Assembly (NCBI GenBank): GCA_016182095.1
Contig: JACOXY010000011.1
Span: 3,794-67,793, forward strand
Source: Candidatus Liptonbacteria bacterium
GTDB lineage: Bacteria; Patescibacteriota; Minisyncoccia; UBA6257; JACOXY01
DNA length: 64,000 bases
Direction of reading: 5' to 3'
Shown: positions 1 to 8,030 of the stretch, one piece after another
Numbering within the stretch: position 1 is the first letter of the stretch
How the letters are laid out: every line of letters starts with the position of its first letter
Notes under the pieces: model-generated
Databases searched by the model: none
What the model saw: only the letters and a program-made list of their open reading frames with translations
What the model was told of the DNA's origin: nothing
Translations under genes and position numbers: made by a program

Positions 1-1
1 T

Positions 2-427
2 GGCTGCCATTGGATTGATCACTTCTTATTTTTAAATAACTGGAGCAAACCGAAAAGATTGGAATTATTCTTAACACCCGACATGACCACCAACTCCTCC
101 ATAGAACTAGAAAATGGCGCGGTATTTACCATGACGCTTACCGAACGGGGCAGTCCCTATATCGGCGTGCAAGACTACGTTGAGTTGCGCGCAGGAGACA
201 AAACTGCGAAAATAATTGACGATTCGCGCTATATTGCCGAGGGACCAAATGGAATTATCCGCAAAAAAACCATCAACAAAATGAAAAACTATCGCCTGAT
301 GTACGAAACGATAAGTAAAAAAATCGCCGAAGGCGGCAAAGGCGACTCGCTGGAGTCAGTAAAAGTTTCCACCGAAGCGATGCTGGATTTGGAGGAGGGG
401 TTTCAAAAACAATATCAAAACTTATAA
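2..427 (+). CDS. hypothetical protein (5'-truncated by window edge)
   Basis: Frame is open from position 2 to TAA at 425-427; no recognisable motif. Confidence 0.6.
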   Translation, partial: GCHWIDHFLFLNNWSKPKRLELFLTPDMTTNSSIELENGAVFTMTLTERGSPYIGVQDYVELRAGDKTAKIIDDSRYIAEGPNGIIRKKTINKMKNYRLMYETISKKIAEGGKGDSLESVKVSTEAMLDLEEGFQKQYQNL

Positions 428-598
428 AAATACCAGCATGATGGCTGGCTTTAATTGTTTTTTGGTTTCGCTTGCTTCTTTTGCAAACACGTCAGAAGCT
501 TGATTGCTCAAGATGTCAGAGTTGAGTTTGAACGATAATCCTTGCGTGTCTTGTGTTTTTCGCGAGGAATTCGTACTGTACCTCTTCTAATTTGCAGT

Positions 599-838
599 TC
601 ATTCCGCCGCATCTCGGAGCAATGACGCACTCCCTGCCAGACACTCTGTAGAGAATCGTGATGCGCTTGTTGAGGTAGTCGGGCTTAAGATATTGGCAAT
701 CTCTTGTAGTACCTGCTCTGCGGTAACTTTTCTTAATCCTTTGCACGCCGGACAGCAATCGCGGCCAGATTCTCTGCCGTCTTCAGTATCTCCGTTAAGA
801 ACCCAACCCCTACCATTGCAATGAAAACAGTCGCGCAT
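599..838 (-). CDS. small DnaJ-type CxxCxGxG zinc-finger protein
   Basis: CFHCNGRG...CPACKG; AAGGAG before ATG 838; own promoter at 872-900. Confidence 0.6.
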   Translation of the reverse strand: MRDCFHCNGRGWVLNGDTEDGRESGRDCCPACKGLRKVTAEQVLQEIANILSPTTSTSASRFSTECLAGSASLLRDAAE

Positions 839-871
839 TGTATTCTCCTTATCCACCAGAGCGCTGAAACT

Positions 872-900
872 ACAGTATCACGGCGACTTATTTAGTGCAA
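872..900 (-). promoter_or_regulatory. sigma70-type promoter TTGCAC-17-TACTGT (extended -10)
   Basis: Consensus match and 17-bp spacer upstream of 599-838. Confidence 0.55.
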
Positions 901-937
901 TGGCATGGTAGCGTGCAACAACGGGCCAGCTCATGAA

Positions 938-1018
938 TCCACAACATTCCAACATTCTGCTCGCCATGCCGAAGCTTTATGCGAAGCGAAGGATGGCAGA
1001 ATGTTAGAATGTTGTGGA
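938..1018. repeat. AACATTC-family palindrome with central insert
   Basis: 23-bp inverted arms 938-960 / 996-1018 (1 mismatch) around a 35-bp insert; same core as 2507-2540, 2824-2857, 22178-22339. Confidence 0.9.
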
Positions 1019-1062
1019 GTAAGCTGAAATATTAGATAGCCTTCTTCCTTCTCATTGGTTTT

Positions 1063-1596
1063 CTAGGAGCACCGAAGATCGCCAAAATGTGAATGGAGCT
1101 CGCTTGCAGCAAATACAAGATATACTTTTTCCTTTTCATCCACAAGCAACATAGGCAAATGTTCTTCATACCAACTTGACCACGGTGACAATTCAAACAC
1201 TTCATCATCTGCAAAGTACACCTCTACAGGAAGCGGAGCGTTGGAGTCTGAAGAAAAAGAGGGCGTTAGCATATCCGCATATGCGTTTTGTATCTCCTCG
1301 CGTGATAGCTTACTTGCGCGAAATTGCCCCGCAATGTAGTCGCAATGGTTTGAATTGCCGAAGTTCCCAACATATGCCAATTTTGAAAGGGGCCGCGAGT
1401 TAATCGGATGTGCCGCGTCAATAACCGCATGGAGGTGCTTTTGAAGCGTCCGCAGGCGGTACTCATGTAGCGGTATTGTTGATGCCGTGGGGATAGCGAG
1501 AACACCAAAGATGACGCCAACAAACAATGCTACACCTCCGAGGATAACAAATCTTGGTCGTTCACGAAAAACGGTTTTTATTTTTTCTGCAACCAT
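1063..1596 (-). CDS. hypothetical protein with N-terminal transmembrane helix
   Basis: 177 aa ORF with hydrophobic stretch FVILGGVALFVGVIFGVLAI. Confidence 0.55.
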   Translation of the reverse strand: MVAEKIKTVFRERPRFVILGGVALFVGVIFGVLAIPTASTIPLHEYRLRTLQKHLHAVIDAAHPINSRPLSKLAYVGNFGNSNHCDYIAGQFRASKLSREEIQNAYADMLTPSFSSDSNAPLPVEVYFADDEVFELSPWSSWYEEHLPMLLVDEKEKVYLVFAASELHSHFGDLRCS

Positions 1597-2483
1597 AGTT
1601 TTGAAAGCCGGTAAAACTCGCCGGAAATTTGTTTACCGCGTTTATCTGATTTACGATCTTCTTTTTGTTCTGGATCGCCGTATCCCTTATGATAACGTGT
1701 AGCAATAATGTCCAGATGGCGTAAAAGGTCAATATGCTCCGACCACAGGTCAATAACGAAACGTATGAATGCGGCGGCAAAAAAGATGTTGTGCTCTGGC
1801 AAAATGAGATAAGTGTAAAGGTGCGCGCGTCCGGCATTGGTAAGTCGCTTGTATGGCAATTTTTTGTCGGACAAATTTGGGTGATATATTCCTTTCTTTA
1901 TAAGGTCGTGCGCGGTATCTATTTTTACTTGCGCGAGACCAACTGACGCGTCATATCCAACTATTCGCGCGGCGAGTTCCGCAACCATATCCTTGAATGG
2001 CTCAATGCGTGCAATTTCGTCAATCAAAACCGCGCCCAAGAGATACGGATCAATGTCAAATTTCTCTGCCGCTTCAAATATCAGCAAGCGGTGCGGGACA
2101 AATTTTGCTTTGACTGCGGCTTTAAGTACTTTCGGCTGATTAACAGGCTCAATAAATGGCTGCCCTTCTTCAAGCGAAGCGATATATAGTTCGACGTATC
2201 TACTGAGTATTGGCGTGCTGTTCGCGTGGCGCGTGCCGTCCATAAACGCCAAAAGCGCGCGGCTCGTAATAGAAAGCTGGTCAAATTCATCCTGTTTTGA
2301 AATCTTTTGATTGGTGTGCAGATACGCTCCTGAAGCGCGCCTCACAACATGCGCGCCATATATTCCCCCTCTCGCTGCACGGTTAAGCGCCTCTTCAAGC
2401 GCAAACGCTTTCAGTGTATCCGAGGCGAAAGCAAGACTTTTTTTTCTTGTATCTGTTATGACTAAAATTATTTTAATGCTCAT
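1578..2483 (-). CDS. lysozyme-like / lytic transglycosylase-fold protein (DUF1402-like C-terminus)
   Basis: AAEKFDIDPYLLGAVLIDE...SVGLAQVKIDTA...PEHNIFFAAAFI resembles SLT motifs; start moved to ATG 2483 behind a TATAAT box. Confidence 0.6.
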   Translation of the reverse strand: MSIKIILVITDTRKKSLAFASDTLKAFALEEALNRAARGGIYGAHVVRRASGAYLHTNQKISKQDEFDQLSITSRALLAFMDGTRHANSTPILSRYVELYIASLEEGQPFIEPVNQPKVLKAAVKAKFVPHRLLIFEAAEKFDIDPYLLGAVLIDEIARIEPFKDMVAELAARIVGYDASVGLAQVKIDTAHDLIKKGIYHPNLSDKKLPYKRLTNAGRAHLYTYLILPEHNIFFAAAFIRFVIDLWSEHIDLLRHLDIIATRYHKGYGDPEQKEDRKSDKRGKQISGEFYRLSKLWLQKK

Positions 2484-2506
2484 GCGCTTATTATATATCA
2501 TCTCAC

Positions 2507-2540
2507 AACATTCTAACATTCTGCAGAATGTTAGAATGTT
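2507..2540. repeat. perfect 34-bp palindrome AACATTCTAACATTCTG|CAGAATGTTAGAATGTT
   Basis: Read directly; supplies the TAA stop of 2531-2797. Confidence 0.95.
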
Positions 2541-2797
2541 TGCATGAACTTAAAAAATGCTTTTCCGTAAGGAGAGAGCAGATGAGTTACCTCTCGGCCT
2601 CTGTATTTTTTATTTAAAAGACCAGCGTGAACAAGCGCGCGGGTGTGCTGGGAAATGGTTTTGAAGTTTCCGCCAAGTTTTTCCGTAATTTCAAAAACCG
2701 TGATTCCTTCATGTTTGTGAACGATATCAAGAATTGCAATGCGCCAGTGATTTGCCGCGCCTTTGAAATATCGCTCTAATTGCTTTGGTGTTTTCAT
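2531..2797 (-). CDS. ArsR-like winged helix-turn-helix protein
   Basis: FKGAANHWRIAIL...ITVFEITEKLGGNFKTISQHTRALVHAGLL. Confidence 0.85.
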   Translation of the reverse strand: MKTPKQLERYFKGAANHWRIAILDIVHKHEGITVFEITEKLGGNFKTISQHTRALVHAGLLNKKYRGREVTHLLSPYGKAFFKFMQTF

Positions 2798-2804
2798 AAA
2801 AATT

Positions 2805-2833
2805 ATCTTATCACATTACTTACAATATTCCAA
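2805..2833 (-). promoter_or_regulatory. leaderless promoter TTGGAA-17-TAAGAT (TGn); -35 box lies inside the palindrome
   Basis: -10 at 2805-2810, 7 nt from ATG 2797; -35 at 2828-2833. Confidence 0.55.
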
Positions 2834-2857
2834 CATTCTGCAGAATGTTGGAATATT
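2824..2857. repeat. perfect 34-bp palindrome AATATTCCAACATTCTG|CAGAATGTTGGAATATT
   Basis: Read directly. Confidence 0.95.
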
Positions 2858-2858
2858 A

Positions 2859-4055
2859 TTATATAAACAATTTTGAATATTCTGCGAGCTGACGCTCAAA
2901 AGTGTAGTTTTCTTGGATAAGTTTTTTTTCGGCATCACCCATAACTTTTCTTTTATTTTTATCTTTCATGAGGCTGACGACTTCTTTAGCAAATTCTTGA
3001 GGATTATCTCGCACCACAAAATGTTCGGCGTCTTTAGCTCCAGTGATTCCTTCGGCGCCTACGGCAGTTGTTACGACCGCCGTACCAGTTGCCATAGATT
3101 CTAATACCTTGTTTTGCACCCCAGCTCCAATACGCATTGGAGCAACAGAAACGGCAGCTTTTTCCAATTCGTATTTAACATCGGGTACGTCTGCGTTTAC
3201 TTTTATATCATATTTACCATTAAGCCCCATTATATATGCCGTTGGGCTAGAGCCAACAATCTCAAAGCTTGTCTCGGGTGCTTCCTTTTTTATATAAGGG
3301 CAATAAATTTCTTCAACAAAATATCGCACCGCATCCTCGTTTTGGTGGGTTCTTAAGTTGCCTTCAAAAATAATGAGATTGGGATCACGCTCTTTTTCTT
3401 CTGTGATTAGAAAATTCTCCATAACTCCATTTCCCATTACTTTGAGCTTGCCTTTATATCTATTTTTTGTATTTCTGTTAAGATATTCGGCGTCTATCCG
3501 AGAAACTACCACGCCAGCATCAAACTTTTCCAAACACTGCTTTTCGTATTCGCGCACACGGCCTTCTTCAATTTTGTAGATTAGTCCCATAAGTCCGCGG
3601 CTGCCTTGTTCGCGACTCCGTTTGTAGTTTAAAGATATAGCGTCCGTAAGCTCAATAACTTTGGTAATGCTTCGACTCCGCTCAGCACCTACGGCATACG
3701 GCGCCATACGGATAAGGTGCGCCAAAATACCACCATACGAAGCGTTAGCGAGCGTGTCGTTTATCAAGCGCTGCATTTTTCTGGAATGATAATAGCTCAC
3801 CTGTAGCGGCTTGCGGCTAAAAAATCCAAGCGCGGCGTTAAGATATGACTGCCACCACGGGAGCCAAACAGTAACCACCTTTGAAAATACGTCATCGCGC
3901 TGAATCGTTTTTTCTTGCCCATCCTCAGTGAAAGAAAGCAGGGTCAAATTAAACCCCGCGCGTTTTAGCTCTTTGCAAACATGATAGATGCGCAGTTTAT
4001 CGCCACCAATAACAGGATAGGGATAGCGGGATGTGAGAACTAGAAGTTTCTTCAT
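2859..4055 (-). CDS. glycosyltransferase family 4
   Basis: YPYPVIGGDKLR start motif, GAGVQNKVLESMATG; start moved to MKKLL. Confidence 0.9.
   Translation of the reverse strand: MKKLLVLTSRYPYPVIGGDKLRIYHVCKELKRAGFNLTLLSFTEDGQEKTIQRDDVFSKVVTVWLPWWQSYLNAALGFFSRKPLQVSYYHSRKMQRLINDTLANASYGGILAHLIRMAPYAVGAERSRSITKVIELTDAISLNYKRSREQGSRGLMGLIYKIEEGRVREYEKQCLEKFDAGVVVSRIDAEYLNRNTKNRYKGKLKVMGNGVMENFLITEEKERDPNLIIFEGNLRTHQNEDAVRYFVEEIYCPYIKKEAPETSFEIVGSSPTAYIMGLNGKYDIKVNADVPDVKYELEKAAVSVAPMRIGAGVQNKVLESMATGTAVVTTAVGAEGITGAKDAEHFVVRDNPQEFAKEVVSLMKDKNKRKVMGDAEKKLIQENYTFERQLAEYSKLFI
3669..3686. repeat. REP-like 18-mer GCTTCGACTCCGCTCAGC, in frame (AERSRS)
   Basis: Second copy with 2 mismatches at 7287-7304. 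Confidence 0.75.
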
Positions 4056-4056
4056 A

Positions 4057-4125
4057 AAAACATTAAAACATGCAAACAATAAAACAAAAATCGTTGTTCT
4101 CTTGTTTTGTTGTTCTTTTGTTCTT
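4057..4125. repeat. inverted pair of degenerate 8-mer arrays, (nAAACAnn)4 / (TTGTTYTN)4
   Basis: 8-bp periodicity read directly on both arms. Confidence 0.75.
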
Positions 4126-4130
4126 TTATC

Positions 4131-5087
4131 CTAACGCACTATTCCCATCTTTCTTAAAATATTTACCAGCAATTTTGTTGGATAAAAGATCCAGTTCACG
4201 CTCAATACATAATCGCGAAACCAACGGTAGCGCGTCATATGGTTCATAGTCCTAATTGCCCAATCAAGATGGGCTGGCTTAAAATCAGCCCAGTCGCGCA
4301 TAAAATCCATATCAAGTTCTATTTCTTCCTCTTTGAAACTCCCCTGCTTTGCCGCATAAGCGAGAGTCACATGCTTCGCCTTATTTGGATCAAGACCCAC
4401 CAATCTCATGGCAGTCGCATCAAGCGCGACAGGATCGGTGCTCCCCAAAATAATATCAAGCGAGCGAGGACGGCCATTGGTAGGCCCCCTATCATCCATG
4501 CCGATTATTCCGTCCATTATGCAAAGCTTTGGTTTAAGCAAGCCATTAATATCAACGATTAAGCTATCAAGAGAGTGATGGAGCGCGATCCTGTCGTGTC
4601 TCGGCACGCATCCCCATTGGTTTTTTAGAGAGCCGGTAAAATAGGTTAAGGCGTGCGTCTTTAACTTAGGCATGGTTATAAATACATCCGCATCTAAAAC
4701 AATTTCTGGCATTGGTCCTAAAAGTTTGTTGCCCACATCACGCGCCTGGCTTTTAGAAAGATTGACAACTTTAACTCCGAGCTTATCGGCAAGTTCGTAA
4801 ATCTTCGTGCTTTTAAAAGCTGCCTCCGCAGGCGCACGATATGAGTGCGCCTCAACCAGCGTGATGTTTTTGGTCTGCCCTTTGAGTTTACCTACGAGCG
4901 CGTAAATTACCTTCGGGTCCGTATTCGCATTGCATACTTTTTTCGCGTCAAACTCACAGAGATTAAGCTTAATAACCACCCGCGCGCTGGGTTTTACAAT
5001 TTCTTTCCAGTTCAGCTTCTCCAGAATACTCCGTACCGCCCCTTCTACGCCCTCGTTTTTTGTTGATCGGACTACTACGCGCGACAT
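4131..5087 (-). CDS. DUF362 domain protein
   Basis: VVIKLNL, NTDPKVI, PKLKTH..T.FTGSLKNQWG, GSTDPVALDA. Confidence 0.85.
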   Translation of the reverse strand: MSRVVVRSTKNEGVEGAVRSILEKLNWKEIVKPSARVVIKLNLCEFDAKKVCNANTDPKVIYALVGKLKGQTKNITLVEAHSYRAPAEAAFKSTKIYELADKLGVKVVNLSKSQARDVGNKLLGPMPEIVLDADVFITMPKLKTHALTYFTGSLKNQWGCVPRHDRIALHHSLDSLIVDINGLLKPKLCIMDGIIGMDDRGPTNGRPRSLDIILGSTDPVALDATAMRLVGLDPNKAKHVTLAYAAKQGSFKEEEIELDMDFMRDWADFKPAHLDWAIRTMNHMTRYRWFRDYVLSVNWIFYPTKLLVNILRKMGIVR

Positions 5088-5111
5088 AAAATCATTGAAT
5101 ATGGATGATTT

Positions 5112-5139
5112 ATCTCACACATAATATTATGTGTGAGAT
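5112..5139. repeat. perfect 28-bp palindrome ATCTCACACATAAT|ATTATGTGTGAGAT
   Basis: Read directly; abuts the hicA stop; related to the arms at 35889/36136. Confidence 0.9.
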
Positions 5140-5373
5140 TTATTTTCCAAGCCATTCGTTCTTAGGAATTCCAGATTGCGCAATAATTCCTTTTAGAGTT
5201 CTGGGTTTCAACGCTCGCGCACCGTGAAAAGGCACGCTAACCTGCCGAAAAATGCCGCCGTATTTACCAACATAATAAAAATGGCTGCCGCGTGTATGAT
5301 TGTGCACAAAGCCACGATCTTTCAAAAAGCGCACAGCATCTTCGGCAGTCCAATTGTATAAACCACGCGGCAT
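5140..5373 (-). CDS. hicA: HicA family mRNA interferase toxin
   Basis: GF...TRGSH.Y...VSVPFHG...LKPRTLKGIIAQSG. Confidence 0.9.
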   Translation of the reverse strand: MPRGLYNWTAEDAVRFLKDRGFVHNHTRGSHFYYVGKYGGIFRQVSVPFHGARALKPRTLKGIIAQSGIPKNEWLGK

Positions 5374-5382
5374 AAAACCTTA

Positions 5383-5709
5383 TTATGTTCTTAGCCGCGC
5401 AAGATTCAGCTCGCCAACCGTAAAAATATCTTTTAAGGTTCTCTTCTGGGCTTTTGCTTCGTGTCCAGAACGCCAGAGATTCTCATACTCTTTGTCGGAT
5501 TTTTGGTTTAAAATGTTTGGTCTTGCCTTAACTTTCTTGGCTGACTCCACATAACCCTCAACTGCTTCAAAAAGCAGAAGCATCGCCTCCTGCGGCGTAG
5601 TTCCAGATTCTATAATATTAAACTCCAATCCAACTGCGTACCAATCGGTACCATCCTTAAAAACCACATATCGCACCATGCCTTTTTGTAAGGTATTTTT
5701 ATATTTCAT
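5383..5709 (-). CDS. hicB: HicB-like antitoxin (hicBA order)
   Basis: WYAVGLEFNIIESGTTPQEAM RNase-H-like HicB motif; adjacent to hicA. Confidence 0.75.
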   Translation of the reverse strand: MKYKNTLQKGMVRYVVFKDGTDWYAVGLEFNIIESGTTPQEAMLLLFEAVEGYVESAKKVKARPNILNQKSDKEYENLWRSGHEAKAQKRTLKDIFTVGELNLARLRT

Positions 5710-5715
5710 GCTTTT

Positions 5716-5774
5716 ATATTACCCCACCCAATGAAAAATAGCAATTTGACAAGGTTTATTTTTTATGCTAAAAA
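5716..5774. promoter_or_regulatory. back-to-back promoters: minus TTGCTA-17-TAATAT (leaderless hicB) and plus TTGACA-17-TAAAAT
   Basis: Boxes at 5739-5744/5716-5721 and 5746-5751/5769-5774. Confidence 0.7.
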
Positions 5775-5820
5775 TAGCAGAAGTAGTGGATGGGCCATTG
5801 CGAAATTGAAGGGGGCTCAT

Positions 5821-5991
5821 GTGGACTCAGGTGATAGAACCAAGGCCGTGGAGTTCTGTGCTGACTGTGGATCAATCCTAGTTCCAAAAGTAGTGCAGAT
5901 TGGATACGATCGCCAAACCAGCAAGCCGATTTACATCACTGAGAAAAACTGCCCAACTTGGTGGCGATGGCATAGCCATCCAGCAGACTAA
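5821..5991 (+). CDS. small zinc-ribbon-like protein
   Basis: GTG start after GGGGG RBS; FCADCGS...CP....H; own promoter and terminator. Confidence 0.55.
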   Translation: MDSGDRTKAVEFCADCGSILVPKVVQIGYDRQTSKPIYITEKNCPTWWRWHSHPAD

Positions 5992-6019
5992 CCCAGACCT
6001 TCGTTCCCGCGTCCTATTC

Positions 6020-6047
6020 GCCCCACCATTCGGTGGGGCATTCTTTT
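6020..6047 (+). terminator. intrinsic terminator
   Basis: GCCCCACC-ATTC-GGTGGGGC followed by a T-rich tract. Confidence 0.75.
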
Positions 6048-6146
6048 AGCTTTGTATTACCACAAAATTCCCCAACAATAGCATATACCGATAGAAGCGA
6101 GGGCATACTGTAAGCCCTCACAGCTTCCAATGGGACAAGTCCATCT

Positions 6147-8024
6147 TTAGATTTCTCTAACTAATATAAAATTTTCCAAAACCAACACATCCATCTTAGT
6201 CCTTAAAAAACAATCTATCGCTTCCTGTGGTTTATTTACAATCGGTTCATTTTCGTTAAAGGAGGTATTGAGCAAAATCGGCACGCCGGTAATCTGCCTA
6301 AAGGCGTCAATGAGCTGCCAGTAAAGAGGATTTTCTTTTTTGGACACGGTCTGTAGGCGCCCCGTACCGTCGGCATGCGTTACTGCGGGAATTTTCGCGC
6401 GCATTTCCGGTTTTATGGTATAAACTTTTTCCATAAAAGGCACTGCTGGAAAACCAATTTGGAGAGGTCGTACCTCCCCTGGAGGAACGACCTCCGCACC
6501 GCGCGGATCCAAAAAGTAGTCGCTAACATATTCCTCTAAAATTGATGGCGCAAACGGGCGAAAGCTTTCCCGTTTTTTTATTTTCAAATTTAAAATATCC
6601 TTCATGTCCGGCCGCGCAGGATTCGCAAGGATACTCCTATTCCCTAAAGCGCGCGGACCCCATTCGGTGCGCCCCTGAAACCAACCAACAATTTTGCCTT
6701 CCGCAAGCAGTTGCGCTGTTTTTTGTATAAGCATAGTTTCACCCAACTCCTGGACATCGCAAGTCCTAAGGACTTGCGATGTCCTTATATTGGCATCCAA
6801 AATGCTTTTAATTTCGCCATTATGATATTCCGGTCCCCAATAGGAGTGGACCATCGTAAAATTGCGTTCTTTATTCAAAATCTGATTCCAAACGTAAAAT
6901 GCCGCGCCTAAAGCTCCTCCGGCATCGTAGCCGGCTGGCTGAATAAAAACTTCTTTAAACGGAGAGTTTTTGAATATCTGACCGTTTGCCAAACTATTCT
7001 GCGCGGTACCTCCGGCAAAACAAAGATTTGTGCTCCTCGTTTCCTTGTGGAGTTTGTTAAGCAGAGCAAAAAAAACTTCTTCGTATATCGCCTGCGCGGA
7101 GGCGGCAATGTCTTTGTGCTTTTGGGTAAGCTCTGCGCTCTCTTCTCTGCTCGGCCCCAAAAGATCTTCTAACTTATTTGAGTAAAGCTTAGATAATTCC
7201 GGATATCCGCCCTCCCATGCCATTTTTACCTCGCCTTTTGCATGTAAAAAATATTCTTGGCTCAATTCAAAGATACCAGCGGCAGCGCTTCGACTTTGCT
7301 CAGCGGCTAAATTGTTAGCTCCTAAGCCCGTCGCAGAACTTCCCCTGTCTAGTTTTATACGCACAATTTCGCGCATTTCTTTCAGATATTTCGGCTTTCC
7401 AAAAGCCGCGAGCCCCATGACCTTATATTCATCGCCAAATTTCCAAAATCCCAAGAATTGTGTAATCGCAGTGTAAAAAAAACCGATAGAATCCGGATAA
7501 TTAATCTCTCCTAAAATTTTCATCTTATTTCCTTCGCCAACCCCCCACATAGCGCTTGAAAAATCTCCCATACCGTCAACCGAGAGAAGTGCCGCTTCCT
7601 CAAAGGGGGAAACAAAAAACGCGGAGGCAAGATGCGCAAGGTGATGCGAGATATTATAAAACTTAGCGCTAATCTGCGACTCCTTAATACCCAAAGCTTT
7701 GGCGAGTTCTTCCTTAACACCGACAACCTTGCGCTTATTTACAAATCTATTCCAAAGAGAGCGGAAACTTGGAAGGTTTTTCAACACAAACCAGATTTTT
7801 TTCCAATAGTTAGCCTTCGGGTCGCGATTCAAGGCAATATGCGAAACATCTTGAATGCGAATCCCGGCAAAATCCAAACAAAACTTAATAGACTCGCTAG
7901 GGAATCCGGCCCAATGCTTTACACGTCTAATACGCTCCTCTTCAATGGCAGCGACGAGCTTGCCATCTTTTATCAAACACGCGGCGGAATCGGCATGATA
8001 GGCGTTTATGCCAAGTACGTACAT
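6147..8024 (-). CDS. NodU/CmcH family O-carbamoyltransferase with three repeat-derived insertions
   Basis: HADSAA, EEER..R.KH, HHLAH, EYKVMGLA, GPRALGNRSIL, LLNTSFN. Confidence 0.95.
   Translation of the reverse strand: MYVLGINAYHADSAACLIKDGKLVAAIEEERIRRVKHWAGFPSESIKFCLDFAGIRIQDVSHIALNRDPKANYWKKIWFVLKNLPSFRSLWNRFVNKRKVVGVKEELAKALGIKESQISAKFYNISHHLAHLASAFFVSPFEEAALLSVDGMGDFSSAMWGVGEGNKMKILGEINYPDSIGFFYTAITQFLGFWKFGDEYKVMGLAAFGKPKYLKEMREIVRIKLDRGSSATGLGANNLAAEQSRSAAAGIFELSQEYFLHAKGEVKMAWEGGYPELSKLYSNKLEDLLGPSREESAELTQKHKDIAASAQAIYEEVFFALLNKLHKETRSTNLCFAGGTAQNSLANGQIFKNSPFKEVFIQPAGYDAGGALGAAFYVWNQILNKERNFTMVHSYWGPEYHNGEIKSILDANIRTSQVLRTCDVQELGETMLIQKTAQLLAEGKIVGWFQGRTEWGPRALGNRSILANPARPDMKDILNLKIKKRESFRPFAPSILEEYVSDYFLDPRGAEVVPPGEVRPLQIGFPAVPFMEKVYTIKPEMRAKIPAVTHADGTGRLQTVSKKENPLYWQLIDAFRQITGVPILLNTSFNENEPIVNKPQEAIDCFLRTKMDVLVLENFILVREI
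6464..6494. repeat. hairpin GAGGTCGTACCTCC-CCT-GGAGGAACGACCTC inside CDS
   Basis: 14-bp arms with 1 mismatch; peptide EVVPPGEVRP is absent from paralog 62699-64000. Confidence 0.8.
6752..6784. repeat. 33-bp GGACATCGCAAGTCC palindrome inside CDS
   Basis: 16-bp perfect arms; near-identical intergenic copy at 45354-45387. Confidence 0.95.
7287..7338. repeat. REP-like doublet inside CDS (about 23-aa insertion)
   Basis: GCTTCGACTTTGCTCAGC plus degenerate inverted partner CCTAAGCCCGTCGCAG; peptide absent from paralog. Confidence 0.7.
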
Positions 8025-8030
8025 AATAAA

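Noticed and set aside
938-2857. Integron attC sites or Xer dif/pdif sites
   Set aside because: The palindromes are essentially perfect, lack attC extrahelical bases and RYYYAAC/GTTRRRY ends, do not match the XerC/D consensus, and no integrase is present.
6094-6127. Hairpin GAAGC-GAGGGC...GCCCTC-GCTTC as an ncRNA
   Set aside because: Single copy with no recognisable RNA family; may just be a weak terminator.
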